NCBI GenBank assembly: GCA_965153455.1
Contig: OZ234494.1
Location: 6,634,001 to 6,698,000, forward strand
Reading direction: 5' to 3'
Origin: Sphagnum compactum
Taxonomy: Eukaryota
DNA length: 64,000 bases
Below are positions 14,716 to 28,880 of this stretch, one piece after another. The position numbers were made by a program, and so were the translations under genes. Under the pieces are notes generated by a model. That model did not search any database. It was not told the origin of the DNA and worked only from the letters and a program-made list of their open reading frames with translations. Position 1 is the first letter of the stretch. The number at the start of each line of letters is the position of its first letter.

Positions 14716-17700
14716 TCCATGATTAACTAAAAATGGCATAAGTGATGAGTTTAGTTCAACTATGTAGTTGAAAAGACTTGTTGTAAAAATCATGTTTTGG
14801 TGTAGTGTTTATTCCACTACAATTCATGGTAAGTAAAGCTTGAAGTTGCAAATTTTACCACAATAAGGGCCCATGTGAGGTAAAATCAATGTAGGTTTGA
14901 TTATGGTAAAGCCCAAGGCCAAGGGATTTGTCACATGTGTAAAGAACTTGTAGGATTTTATTTTATTTATTGCCATCATACCCACCAAATATCACAATTT
15001 AATTTTTGAAAATGAATGTTTTGAAAAAATTAGTACCCATAACATTTTTTTGAAACTCATGGCCTTTGTGTAGGAAACATTATTTATGAATGTAAAACAC
15101 ATTGCAACTACACTAGAAAGATCTTGACAAGTATTTAAATTTAATTGTAAAGAGTTCGATCAAACAATAAATTTAGCATGTAAAAAAATTTACAAAGATG
15201 ACATTTTTGGGGGTTTAGGGTTGCCTACCTACATGTTTTTTTTCACCTTGTTTTTCTATCACATGAGCTTTTAGAAAAACCTAGTTGATTTTACTTTGCA
15301 TCTTAAAATTTAAAAGGATATTAGCTTTTGAAGGCTCATGTTTTTTTAAGCACATCATGTAAGGGGTTCATTAGATTAAACAAAGGCAGCCTTTGAAGTC
15401 GATGTATTATGAAATGAAAACTCCATGAAAATTTGACAAATGTTTCAAATATATGTCAATAGATAAACACCATTGTGTGTAATTTTGAAACATTGTCTTG
15501 TGGAATGAAAATTCTAAAAAAATTTAACAAATATCTATACTAGAGGTATGTCTTAATAAAAAGGCACAAGGTGGCAAACTTTATAATAATTTGGCAAATG
15601 TCTAAATATATTTTAAGATAAAAAATGTAACCCATGTGAAACAAATTACACTAAAACCTCTCCAAAGGTTTAAATGGGTTTATCGTTTAAAATTTGAATA
15701 GCTTTAAGATTAGGGTTTGAAGTTTGAATAGGTTTAGCATTTTGTGAACTTTTTTAAAAAAAAAGTCAAAATTAAAAGTAACCTTGTGAAAAGTGTGAAA
15801 ACTAGGTTTTTTTGTAAATCAAACATTTGAGCACTACAAAACATATCAATGTTATCATTTTAAAAATGATGAGTGTGAATCATGGGAAGAAATTAATATA
15901 TTATTTAGTTTAAGATAATGAAATTGATATTTGAAGTGGAGTGGAAAGATACATATTGGGGTAATTTTTAAATTCTCGACATTTCAATTCTATTTGATAT
16001 GTTAGACAATTTGAATTCAATATTGTACAACATTTAAACATTCATTTTACATGTTTTTTTTCAATTTTCAATGATTAAAAAAAAGAAATAAACTTAGTTG
16101 TTATGTATAACAGAATTGTGTTTTCATTGCATTTGTAGGTCTTTATGTTTTTTTAAGGAGGAAATTATAAATGTAATTACTCCAAATCATTAGGAATCTA
16201 AATCAACCTTCATGAATAAGTTACAACTAAAATGTAATTGGTCTAGAAATATCATCTAACCAACCAACCTCATGTTATAAGAATTATTCTTTAATCCAAC
16301 TTAAAATGGAAAGCTTCCACAAACATGATTTGGGATCCAAAAGATTTACCCTTTGTTGTCTTATTAAGACATTGCCATTGAACACATCCTATCATGATGT
16401 CATGAATCCAAGTGTGGTTTTACAATCTATTAACTAAAAATCCCTTTGTTACCAAAACCAAACCAATTTAATGTTTCAAAACTATTTTGGACGTGAAATA
16501 TGATCCATTAAAAAGGTTGCAAAAAGTCAAATTTTATTTTTCTTGCCATGTCTTTTCATGACTAATGAAAATTATATACAATAACTATTATATATTATAT
16601 ATTAATGAATTAATATATAATTATTATATATTATTAATTAATATAATAATTAATATTTTTTGTAATTATTAATCAATGTTGGTTAGTTTTGGCTTTTACA
16701 CAAAATCTTCAATTTTGGTTTAAACATATTTTTAATGTAAGGGAACCCTTGGTTCCATTCTTTTTCTTTTTCTATTGGGTTAACCATTTCTTAGCCTAAT
16801 CTTCTTAAATATTTTAAAGCCAATTTCAAGTTTTCAAAAATATAAAAATTATTATATGAAATGGGTAAAAGTAACTTTGTAAACACTACCAAGGAATATG
16901 AGGTAAATCCATCATTTCTTGAGTCACATGAAAACAACCTCTTTGTGGATACCATGATAAGATTTTATACCTACTAATTCACTTTCACACAAATGAAGGT
17001 GAATCAACTTAATAAGACTTTTGGTTCATGATTCATTTGTGATCAAGATTATGTGACTATTTCCTTATCAATAAATATAGATATAGCAAAGTAAATACTA
17101 GAAAAATCAATTATATATGTAAGAGGTTTATCATTACATGTAAAATTGAACCTTCACACAAAAAAATAAAGTTAACAAAATTGAACTAGTTGATATTTGC
17201 TTGACATAAAACAATGAAATTACGCAGGTCATGGTTTTATCAATTAATAAACTAGGGCCTTTTTAACACCTACATTGACCAAACAAAATTATATACAATA
17301 ACTTTGCTAAAAATAAGGTTTATGCAACTTCATCACTATCAACTCCATAATCAACAAATGAGGTGCTTAAAATGTACATCTCCTCTTTAAGAAATTGAAG
17401 CTTCACCAAACCCAAACAAACTTACAAAACCAATTTGAAGTCCTTCACAATTGAACCTTTCCAAAATGTTGGCTGTCATTGTAATAATTTCCACACCTTT
17501 TCCTTTTTTAACATTAGTAGATACACCAATGTTGGGCCTAATTAAAAGTTGATAATAATTTGCAACTTGGTTGTTGACATGTCATTGTTATTACACCATG
17601 TCATCACATGGTTATGGCTCAAATTGTAAGGTGTTTGCACACTATGGTGACCTTATATGGACGTCATAATGACAATTTTTCATGTATTCCCTAGATACAA

Positions 17701-17809
17701 TAAAATAAATAAAATAAAATTCATTGAAATAATAGCAAAAGGGATTCACTTTTCTAAAGCTATCATAATCGTTCTAGGAATGAAAAAATCAAATCAAAAT
17801 TGTGGATAG

Positions 17810-18245
17810 CGAATAAGTAATGGACTTTTGAATTTTGTCGACACTTTTTGTCACACGTGCAAAACTCATGATATGGACTTTTATCTTACAATATGTTAGT
17901 TTTATGTGTTTGAAAATTTGGGATATTGGATGAAACATGTTTAAAAAATTAAAAATCCATTGAATGAATGGAATGTGATTTTAATTTATTATGTTATGGA
18001 CTTTTTAAAATCCCAAAGATTATAATTATTTTAAAAGGCCTTTTAAGCATTTAAAAATAATTATTAAAAAAAATATTTTGTGATAATTTTAATATGTCTT
18101 ATAGCATCATGATTTGAAATTGGAAATGGAAAAAATGTTACTTTCAATATCATCTAAATATTCATATTTCAAGCCAGTTTTCAACTACATTAAAAAAGGA
18201 CTTTGAAATGGGACTCTAATCCGCTGAAATTGTGACACCCTAGTG
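17810..18245 (+). repeat. Dispersed repeat with a diverged direct copy at about 63210-63620
   Basis: AGTAATGGACTTT, ATGGACTTTTATCTTACAAT and TACATTA.AAA.GGACTTT.AAA.GGGACT occur in the same order at both loci. Confidence 0.65.
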
Positions 18246-19899
18246 TGTTTTTGCCTTGTAGTGAAACACCACCAAGCCTTCGTGATGCACAAGCTACCCA
18301 CCACCACACCTACCATACCCACTTGTTTTTCCTTCGTTGGACTTGTTAGGAAAAAAACAAAACAAGACACCTAAAGAAATCAAAGCCTTAAAAGATCATA
18401 AGTTTGTGACAAAACACAAAGCACCCAAATGAACCAAAAGATTAAGGGGTGAAAAGTTTTTGACAAAAAGTTAAAACAAAAAATAAAGAAATGGACAAAA
18501 ACTAAAGTTTGGAAGTTGTAAAATTGTTCTTAAAGTTTGATGGAAAATAAAAAGTTTCCCTTAAGTTATTGCCAAAGGTGATGCTTGAAAACAAACAAAA
18601 CATAAAAGACAATTGTTTCACAAAAGTTTAAAACGATGTAAAAGCTTTAAATTGTGGACCTTCAAATTTTGCATTGAGCCCATCATAGTGATTCAACTTG
18701 ATTTTTTTGCACATCAACATTGCCAATTAGTTCAAAGCCAAGTTTTGCATCAAACTCTTCTTCACTAAAATGGTTCCAACTTCAATTTTTCCTTGTTGTA
18801 AAATTGATGGTAAGGTTACCTTGGTAACAAATTTGTAGCGGGGATCAAAACCAAGCATAAACCTTGAACCGGCCAACATTGGTGTTAATATTTAAATGAA
18901 ACCCTACCCCAACAATTGACATCCTTTGAATTTTTATGATTAATTCAACGCCATTTTATAGTTATACCTAACGTATTTTACACATTTGGGAAACAAAATG
19001 AAATTATCCATAAAATCATGTTCAATCAAACCCCTATTTCATGACCTGTTGGCCACTTATTTGTTTCTTTCGTGCTTTATTTTATGTTATTTGCAAGGTC
19101 CCAAAAAATCATGACAATATATATATATATATATGATTTACAAAATATATGCAAATGGTTTTCAACTATGGGCTACCCAACTTAATTTTATGGGTGCAAA
19201 TGGGATAACACAAGCCACACACACATGCTTTTTGACTACTTTTGTGATTGCTTTTTGGGAAATATTCCTAAAATATTTTAAAAATATTCCTGAAAAAGCC
19301 TTCAAAAAAATCTTCTAAATGTTTTAAAAAAAAAATCATACTATTTTATTAAGGTTTATGTTAAAAATATAACAAATAGGTTTATTTCTATGTTTTTAAA
19401 AATATTCTATCTATGTTACTTTATGATATACCCAATATTATTTTAAGTTACTTTAGTTATTCTAACTTATATTTTATGTTATTATAGGCTATTATAAATT
19501 ATTGTACCCTAAATTATTATATGTTATTTTACCTTAAAATATCTTAACTAGTTTATTATAAGCTTTTAAATTATTTTAAATTAAATTATTCAACTAACTT
19601 TAGGCTATACCTTAGGTTATTTTATTTTAAATTAATATATGTTATTTCAAGTTATACTTTAACTTATTCAAGGTCATTCTACTTAATGTTATTATAAATT
19701 ATTTTATACTAAGCATAATAACTTTAAAATAATCTAAAACAAAATATAATGACCTAAGGTAAAAATAACTCAGAATAGAAAATAATAACCTATGAAAAAT
19801 AATTTCAAATACCCTATAATATAATAACTACCAATAGCCTATGATATTATAACATAAAATATCAAACAATAATTTATAATACAATAATCACCAATAGTT

Positions 19900-20860
19900 G
19901 TAATATAACATATAATAACCAACACTAACTTATAATACAATAATCATTAATAACCATTAATAAAATAGCCATCAATAACCACCAATAAAATAACCACCAA
20001 TGGCTTACAATGAAATAATCATTAATAACCATTAATATAATAGCCACCAATAGTCATTAATAGATTAATCACGAATAACTATTAATAGAATAGCCACCAA
20101 TAGCCATTAATAGATTAATCACGAATAACTATTAATAGAATAGCCACCAATAGCCATTAATAGATTAATCACGAATAACCATTAATAAAATAACCACCAA
20201 TAGCCATTAATATAATAGCCACCAATATTCATTAATAGATTAATCACGAATAGCCATTAATAGAATAGGCACCAATAGCCATTAATAGATTAATCACGAA
20301 TAACCATTAATAGAATAACCACCAATAGCCATTAATACATTCATCATGAATAACCATTAATAGAATAGCCACCAGTAGCCATTAATAGAATAGCCACCAA
20401 TAGCCATTAATAAAATAGCCACCACTAGCCATTAATAGAATAGCCACCACTAGCCATTCATAAAATAGTCACCAGTAGCCATTAATAGAATAACCACCAG
20501 TAACCATTAATAGAATAGCCACTAGAAGCCATTAATAAAATAGCCACCAGTAGCCATTAATAGAATAGCCACTAATAGCCATTAATAGAATAGCCACTAA
20601 TAGCCATTAATAAAATAACCACCAGTAGCCATTAATAAAATAACCACCAATAACCATTCATATAATAGCCACCAATAGCCACGAATAGAATAATCACGAA
20701 TAGCCACCAATAGAATAACTATTAATGGCCATTAATAGAATAACCACCAATAACTATTAATAAAATAACCACTAAAAAACATTAATAGCCACAAATAGAA
20801 TAAGTACCAATAGCCAATAATAACCACCAATAGCACTATAAAAGAACAACCAATAGCCAT
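19900..20860. repeat. Minisatellite with a 25-bp monomer (TAGCCACCAATAGCCATTAATAGAA-like) and a 50-bp higher-order segment
   Basis: TAGCCACCAA recurs at 20041, 20091, 20141 (TAACCACCAA at 20191), alternating with a TAATCACGAA variant. Monomeric 25-bp spacing follows from about 20360. Confidence 0.92.
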
Positions 20861-21672
20861 ATATTATAATTGCTTAGGATTGCGTAAAATAATCTAAGGT
20901 GAAATAATTTATAATAAACCGAAATAACTTAAGGTGAAATAATTTTCAATAGCCAAAAGTAACTTATAATAGCTACAAGTAATCTAAATTGAAATAATTT
21001 ACAATAGCAAAAAATAACATAGAATAGACAAAAAAACTTACAACAGCTGAAAATAGCCTAAGGTGAAATAAGTTAAAATAGCCAAAAGTAATTTATAATA
21101 ATTACAAGTAGTCTAAATTGAAGTAATCTATAATAGCCAAAAATACCATAGAATAGCCAAAAAAACTTACAATAGCTGAAAATAGCCTAAGGTGAAATAA
21201 GTTAAAATAGCAAAAAATAACTTAAAATAACCAAAAGTAACCTACGGTGAAATAGCCAAAAATAACCAAAAGTTTTTGAGAATAACCATAAATAGTCGTA
21301 AATAATGTAGGGTGAAATAATTTAAATTAATGAAAAATAGTCACATAATAATTGAAAGTAGTTTAACATAGGTATTATTATTATATTAACAAAAAAAAAT
21401 CCATTTATTAAACTTTTTTTTTCAAAAAAATGGTCATTGAAATGTTATTCAATATTGATATTCAACTTTTTTTTTGTTCAAATGATTTTAAACTTTCAAA
21501 AGGAAATAAATGTAATTATGTACATTATTGAATTTTTTTTATAAAAAAAACTCGAATCATTTCATTTGAACAAAATTTCAATAAGATATGAATTTTCAAA
21601 GTTTATGTTGTTGTAATGTTTAAAATAAAATATTTGATAAATAGAATGTAATGTAACATATTATTACAACAA

Positions 21673-21745
21673 GCAGGGTGGTTTGATGGTAAAGGTGTTT
21701 GCCCCCATTCCAAAGGTCAAGAGATCAAACCTCATGGGTGGTGTT
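21673..21745 (+). pseudogene. Degenerate tRNA-like/SINE-head-like segment inside the CACTA-like element
   Basis: A-box-like TGGTTTGATGG and B-box-like GAGATCAAACC at tRNA-like spacing (GGTCAAGAGATCAAACCTC). No intact cloverleaf. Confidence 0.4.
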
Positions 21746-22170
21746 GTGTGTGGTCAACAATAGTAAATTGATCGAATATTTTCCTTTGAATTCTTAGGTT
21801 AGGTGCTTAGGTTGATTACGTGGCCTACCTACCTACCTAGGCTAGGTTTTTAACCTAGCTAATGACACGTGTCAATAAATAATAGGCTTTAAAAATCATG
21901 AAATTATCAATAATATTATATATTAAATAATTAAAATTTAATTAATTTCCATACTGGTTAGTTAACTAACTAGCAGTGAATGGTTTGGTAAATTTGTATT
22001 TCACTTGAGAGTAACCTTGTTTCATTAGGTATTAGTGAAATAAGTCATTGTCCTTAGCAGCTAGTCCCTGTTCACTAGGGGGTTAAACAATTTCACTGGG
22101 TAAAAATGTCCAAATTCACTCAAAAATCTAGTGAAACCCATAGTGAACTAGGACGCAATTCCTAGTAGTG

Positions 22171-23585
22171 CTTCATTTTAAACATTACAAAAACATAAAC
22201 TTTGAAAATTCATATTTTATTGAGATTTTGTCCAAATGAAATGATTAAAGTTTAATTTAAAAGTTTTTTTCAATAATGTACATTTTACATTTATTTCCTT
22301 TTGAAAATGTAAAATCATTTGAATAGTTTTTTTTGAATATCACCATTCAATAACATTTTAATAATCATTCTTTTGAGAAGAAAATGTTTAATAAATGGAT
22401 AAGATTTTTGTTAATATAATAATATTACCTATGTTAGGCTACTTTCAGTTATCCTAGGGCTATTTTTCATTGTTCTAAGTATTTCATCCTACATTATTTA
22501 CGGCTATTTATGGTTAGTGTCAATTTTTTTTGTTATTCTATGTTATTTTAAATTATTGGTAACGATTATAAATTTTTTTGGCTATTTTAAGCTATTTCAT
22601 CTTAGGCTATTTTCAACTATGTGAGGTTATTGTTGGTTACTTTTGGTTATTGACGGTTATTTCACCTTATGTTATTATTGATTATTTTAGGTTGTATTAC
22701 CATAGGTTATTTGTGGCTATTCTATTGGTAATTATTGTTAATTATTTTATTGGTGATAATTAGTGGTTATTCTATTAGTGGCTATTAGTGGTTATCTTAT
22801 TGGTGGCTATTGATGGCTATTGATGGCTATTTATTGATGACTATTAGTGGTTATTTTATTAATGGTTATTGATGGTTATTTTATTGGTGGCTATTTTATT
22901 ATAAGCTATTGTTGGATATTTTAAGTTATATTATCATAAGCTATTAATAGCTATTTTATTGTAGGCTATTTTAAATTATTTTTCATAGGCTACTATTGGC
23001 CTATTCTATGTTATTTTACCTTAGGTCATTATGTTTTATTTTTAATTATTTTTAATTATTATATTTAGGATAAAACAATTTATAATAACTTAAAGTATAA
23101 CTTGAAATAACATAAAATAAAACTTAAAATTAACTTAAAATAAAATAACCTAAGGTATCGCCTAAAGTTAGTCACATAATTTAATTTAAACTAACTTAAA
23201 ATAAAAAGCCTATAATAAGTTAACTAGAATACCTTAATGTAAAATAACGTATAGTTTAAGGTATAATAATTTATAACAACCTATAATAATTTATAATAAC
23301 TTAGGGTATAAGTTAAAATAATTAAGGTAGCTTAAAATAATATATGGTATATCATAAAGTAACATAGGGTATTTAAAACAACAACATAAAGATAAACCCA
23401 TTTATCACAGTAAATTATAATAGTGAATTATGTCAACTAGTATTGAAACACAATGTTTACATAATGACATTATAATGAAATAATTTTAACTAGGGTGAAA
23501 TCACTAAAGTGCAATGAATTTATTTCACTTTTAAGGTCTCATAATGATTTAGGCTAATGAATTACACTCCACTTTTGTACTAGTG
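22171..23585 (-). mobile_element. Non-autonomous CACTA-like element, reverse copy (3' part missing)
   Basis: Minus strand begins CACTAGTACAAAA at 23585, followed by GTGAA/TTCAC subterminal motifs. The reverse complement of about 23341-23367 matches 19411-19437 (CTATGTTACTTTATGATATACC), and 22171-22250 matches about 21550-21630. Confidence 0.65.
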
Positions 23586-25899
23586 ATTTATGGTTAACAT
23601 GCAATTGATTTAACCAAAATATTAAATATTTGATTAATGTAAAATTTGAGATAAGAAGCCAAACTTTGAACATGTTTCAACTACATAAAAAATGGGAAAA
23701 AAATATAATTAATTAAAAAAAATTGTGATGAATTTTCATGGTTTAAAAATTTTTACCCATTTCAATTTGCACCCAATTTGCAAGCATTGGTGTATTGCAC
23801 AAAAATTAGATTATTTCTTTGTTTATTTCCCTTTTTTATTGCCTCCTTTTTGTTTATTTTTTCTTTCTTTTAAATATTTTATGCCAACAAATCATCCATC
23901 CCTCTAAGCATTTAATTTAAATAATGACACACATCAAGAGAAAGTTGCGACCCCTATAATATATTCATGGGATGTGGAAGGTACACATGCTTTAATAGAT
24001 TCATAATATTTTCAAAAAACTTTAATTACATTTAATTATGTAGTACAAAAGAAGCTTCAACACATGTTTGTAGAATAATTAATTAATTTTTAATATTTCA
24101 TGATAAGAATAAAATATTTTTGACTATTCCAAATGATTATTTATTTTTTCACAAAATTTTGTTATTAGAAAAAAGTTGAAAATTACAACATTTTCAAAGA
24201 TATTATAATTAGTGTAAAAAATGTTGAGGTACTATGTTAAATAAATAAAATATAAATATATGTATAATAAATAGGTAATACATAAGATGGAGTTTTTTCA
24301 TGGTAAATCATATTTTCATAAGGAACAAAGATCATTAAATGAGTATACAAATCATTCGATTTTATCAAGTTGTGTTTGTTGTATGGCAACATTTTCATCT
24401 TCTATCCCCTTTTTGGAATGTTAATAATAATTCTAAGTGTTTCCATAAGTTGCAAGGATACTTTAAATCTATATAATAGGAAATTGGTAATTCTTATATT
24501 GTAATTTTATTAGGATCTATCATTAAGCAATGACATTTCCAATGAGAACACTCTTGGTCATTTGCCCATATAATTAATGTTTCAAATTGAAATTTAATCA
24601 ATGAATCTCCAAAAATGATAATGAAAAGATCACAATGATGGATACATAGAATGATCATTTTTATTTAGTAGAAGATTCATGCAAAGGTCTAAGTTCTATA
24701 TATTTATGGTAGGAAAATTTGGATTACCAACCATGCCATTATCCCAATAGGTTGTCAATAACCATTGATGTTGTCACAAGACATGCACAAACTTATTTTA
24801 TTTAACTTATTCATATTATTTATGCACTATTGAAACAATGATCAAATGGGATTTTGCATGTATAATGTTTGATACACATTCATAAATCCTTAATATTTTT
24901 TATTGAAGATAAGAAATCGATTTACAAGACAAGAAAATGTAAATGTGAATCCAAAGAAAAAATTATTTACAAGTATGCTAAGTATTCCAATCATGAATTA
25001 ATCACTTTTCTTTTGTATTAATTGCATATTCAAGTTGTTTTGTCTTTTGCTTCATCTTGTTTAGATCATTTGACAAATACATAGACTTTAAATGTTTAAG
25101 TTTTTTTTCCTTTTGAAGATAAATAGTCATGACATTTAAAACATGCTTGTAGAAGTATAAATGGTTTAATCAAATGATCAAAACACATATCAAAATAGTT
25201 TTTTAGCGAAAGAGAAAAATACACAAGAAGAACATTGAGGAGAATATTATATCACGAAATGCACAAATAATGAGATGAACATCACTTGTTATGTAACACC
25301 TTAAGTGAATGGAAATCACAATGAAGGAGATAGAAGTTCAAATTATAGATTACCATTTCTACATTTGACCTTCTTTATTTATTATTGTTATTATTTTTTA
25401 TGATTTGACACCATCAATTAAATTGGAATTGGTTATTTTTTCCTCTTTGATTGAATCTACTTTTTATTTCAACCCCTAAATGCTAAAGAAGTCAATTTCT
25501 TTTGAGAATTTCAAATAGATGTGGGTGATAGAAATTTAAATATTTTTCATCCATTATTTGGAGTTTCAAGGGCTTTTTGAGAGTTTTCAAATGGCCTTTA
25601 GATTGGATGAGGTTTTGATAAGTGCACATAGTGGGTCTTTGATTGGGAAACATAACTACACACATTTAGGTTTGCACCAATGAGAGTGGTGGGAATCCCA
25701 GGTGGGTAGCAAGGGGCTTACTCTTAGAAGCTCATTTATGAGCTAACCTAGGAGTTCCAATGCTAGGATCCCTTTGAGATTGTTGCCCCTTATCAAGGAT
25801 CCTCACCTTTGTAATAAAAAAATTGCAAGGTTTCATTCTTACTTGATAGACCACATTTTGGCTTGAAATATTTTTGTGTGAGTACCTAACTTGGTCATT

Positions 25900-26240
25900 G
25901 TGGGAGTGTTGTATTAAGATGCATGCATTATTTGTGATGTCAAAAGGATTGTTTTCCTTGGTGAAACTCTGTACCTAACTTAGGACAATACATGCTTGGT
26001 CTTGTATGAGTTCAATCAAGCTTTGGTATTTCAACATCCTTTTATTTAATTTTGGCTGAAATTTTCACCAAAGATTTTTGAATGTATAAACTTAGATTCA
26101 CATGTTAGATTTGTCATTTCATATTCACAGATGATGAATAGAGTAAACCAGATTTTTAACTAAGCCTTTGAATAATGATCAATAAAAGATCTCACACAAT
26201 GGTAAAAATGGCTTAGGCTTGTAAGGGTTAATGTTAGAGA
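25900..26240 (+). mobile_element. Possible Ty1/copia RNase H / 3' end remnant
   Basis: Decayed motifs in the expected order: LYEFNQA (cf. IYEDNQ), FHQR, DFLTKPL (cf. ADILTKPL), then AGGGTTAATGTTAG, resembling a PPT followed by the TG start of an LTR. Confidence 0.35.
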
Positions 26241-28336
26241 GAGAACATATTTTTTCGACATTGTTCCATATTTGATTGGGTAAAAGGCACTAATGTGACC
26301 TTTCAACCTCTCTACTTGCACTCTTTGTTGTCTACTTGGTTTTAAGTTTTCAAGTTTCCTCTTGATGAATAATCTTATAATGTTCTATTGTGAAAGAAAG
26401 GGAATTTGAAGACTCCTGAGGTGCTATTATTTTTGGGTTTATCAAAATGTGGATGCCATGCAAGTTAATCAGTAGCATGCAAGTGTTTTGATTCAAACAT
26501 TTAGAGTGATCATGAATATGTGTAAGAATTAAAAATAGTAGATTCCAAAGTTCCCACAAAAATGACCTTATAAATGATTTTGTATACAAAAAATTCTTGG
26601 ATGTTAACAAAAATCAAACAAGAAAATTAATATTACAATGTAATTTACACACTGAGGGTGAACTTTTCACATGATCTTTTCACGTGTGAACATTTCAAGT
26701 TCCTTCAATTTGTTTTTTATGAAGGTGATTATTAGTATGTTTACCTTACTATCATGATTATGCCTTAAGGTAACCATCACCTTAACATCACTTGTGTCTT
26801 ATTTTGTTCTTCAAGACTTTATTGACACTAAATAGCTACAGCCACCATAGTACCTGGGCCATTCAATAGCCCATTGTCAAATATTTAATTAAATTTCAAA
26901 ACTTCACTTTGACACCCATTTTTTGAATTTTTTTTGTGTTAAAAAGGTTGAAATATTAATTAACATATCAAAAAAAGTTGAGTAATATTAATGAATTAAA
27001 AATTGATGTCAATTGCAATTTTATAAAATTTAAATTTAAAGAGGTAGTGTGTTTTTTACAATAATAAAAAAATCATTATCTCACTCTTGTCAAGTTGCTA
27101 GACTTTCTCATGTGCACTTATTAAATAATGGCTTGATTTCTTTGTGAAAGTATTTATTAAACAAGACCCATTGAATGGGAAAGAAAAAACATAGGAAAAG
27201 AATCAAATTCTTATTGGGGTTTGGTTCCAAGATTGATTGAAACTAGAACCAAATTGACTTTAAAAAGAAAATCCAATTCCAATTCCATTGTAGGCCTTTG
27301 GGGTTTCATTTTATTTTAGTGTTTTCATTTTTCAAGCACATCAATGTGTTGTTTGATTTTTCTTTTTCATGTTTCTTAAGTAGATTGCTTTTAGATTTTT
27401 GTTCAAACATATTGCTCAAGCTTTTGTGATTTTCAAGTTTTTTTTTTTTCCAAGTTCTTGTTTGATTTTCTTGAGCATCTTACATCAACTTCAAGCAAGC
27501 ATGGAGATACAAGCAAAATAAGTTCTTTAATTAAACTTGTTCATGGTTTTGTTGCTTGTTGTGTTGTTCATTAGTTGACTTTCTTTTTTGTTTTTGTTGT
27601 GGGGATGGGTGTGATGATGGTGGTCTTCTTCACATAACTCTTCCTTCTTCTCATTGTGTTGGTCATCATTTTTTTACTTGTACCTTGCTTCATTTTTACA
27701 AATTCAAAAAATGGATTTTTTTTGTTGTTGGAGTCCATGTTTTGAGTCTTGTGAATTTGCGAGAGAAAAAAAAGAGACTCCTTTGAATTTATTTTTTAAA
27801 ACTTTGAATCGAAATTTATCATTATTATTGTTATTATTTTCAAGAAGTCCATTCTTGGCCTTGTGAACTTGCAAGGCCAAAAAATGGACTCGAAATTTTT
27901 TTCTTTTTTTCTTGATTTTGTTTTGTTTGCATACTTTATTTTAATATTTTGAATGTTGGAACCAAAGATTACTCATAACTAGGAGTTATGGAGCCAGGAA
28001 TCAAAGTTGAAACCAAATTCAATATTTCAAAAAAAGATTATCGAAACCAAATTGTTTGGAAAATGTTAGGAACTAGAACTAATGGGCACTAGACAACTTT
28101 GATTTAAACCCTAACCTAAACCCTAGACTAAGAACCATGGTGGGTTCTTAGGCAAGGCTAAATATTTGAGTATATGTCATGGTCACCTAAGGAAAGAACC
28201 ACCCACATATCTAGTGGGGGTGTGGTGAAAAAGTCCCAACATTGGTTTTAAGATGGAAAAACCCTAAAACCCACCTATTTATTAAATGTGCTAATGTGGA
28301 GCAAGCCCATTAGCCATAATGGGCTTACTTTGGCAA

Positions 28337-28880
28337 CAATGTTTATTTCCCAATTTCCCCAAATTTTGAATTGAAAAATATGATTCAACCTATACAAAGG
28401 ATTTTCCATGGAAAGAATGGGCTTGATGTTGAGTTTTTTTTTCAATATCACCATATTTTTATGATAAGTTCTGATAGGTAGCCAAAAATATAGAAGGATT
28501 TTGTTTTTTTTCTACTTTCATATCTAGTAAGGCAAAAGTATCCTTGGGTGGCACCACTAGGAATCACCTCAAGGAATGGTTAAAGAACTAAAAACAACCA
28601 AATCATTTTCTTAGGCCTATTTCTTTAAATGTTTTCACAACTATAAATTATTTTTTTCTTATGTTTATTAATTTCATGCACTAATATAGGGCTTGAAGTT
28701 TATTTTGGAATTAAATTTTTTGGAAATTGTTAAAACTTCAAAATGGCCCCTTTAGATAAATTTAATTGATAACCTTGACTTTGAAAATTCATAAATAAAT
28801 TATACTTATTCAATTAATTGCCTATCTTATGGATGATCACCATTTTAGTTACATCACACAATTGAAAAAAAAACCCCTAA
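28337..28880 (+). mobile_element. hAT-type MITE family copy, split by an insert of about 290 bp (28530-28820)
   Basis: Shares GGTAGCCAAAAATATAGAAGGATT..TTCATATCTAGT and ATGGATGATCACC..TACATCAC..AATTGAAAAAAAACCC with 42539-42830 (inverted), but the two parts are separated. Confidence 0.55.

Larger units (their letters stand above)
19375..22170 (+). mobile_element. Non-autonomous CACTA-like element, forward copy (5' end missing)
   Basis: Ends TTCCTAGTAGTG at 22170 (reverse complement CACTACTAGGAA), preceded by many AGTGAA/TTCACT subterminal motifs. Body is homologous, in inverted orientation, to 22171-23403. Confidence 0.65.

Noticed and set aside
19900..20860. CRISPR-like array
   Set aside because: The units are contiguous variants of one 25-mer with no unique spacers, there are no cas genes, and the context is eukaryotic.
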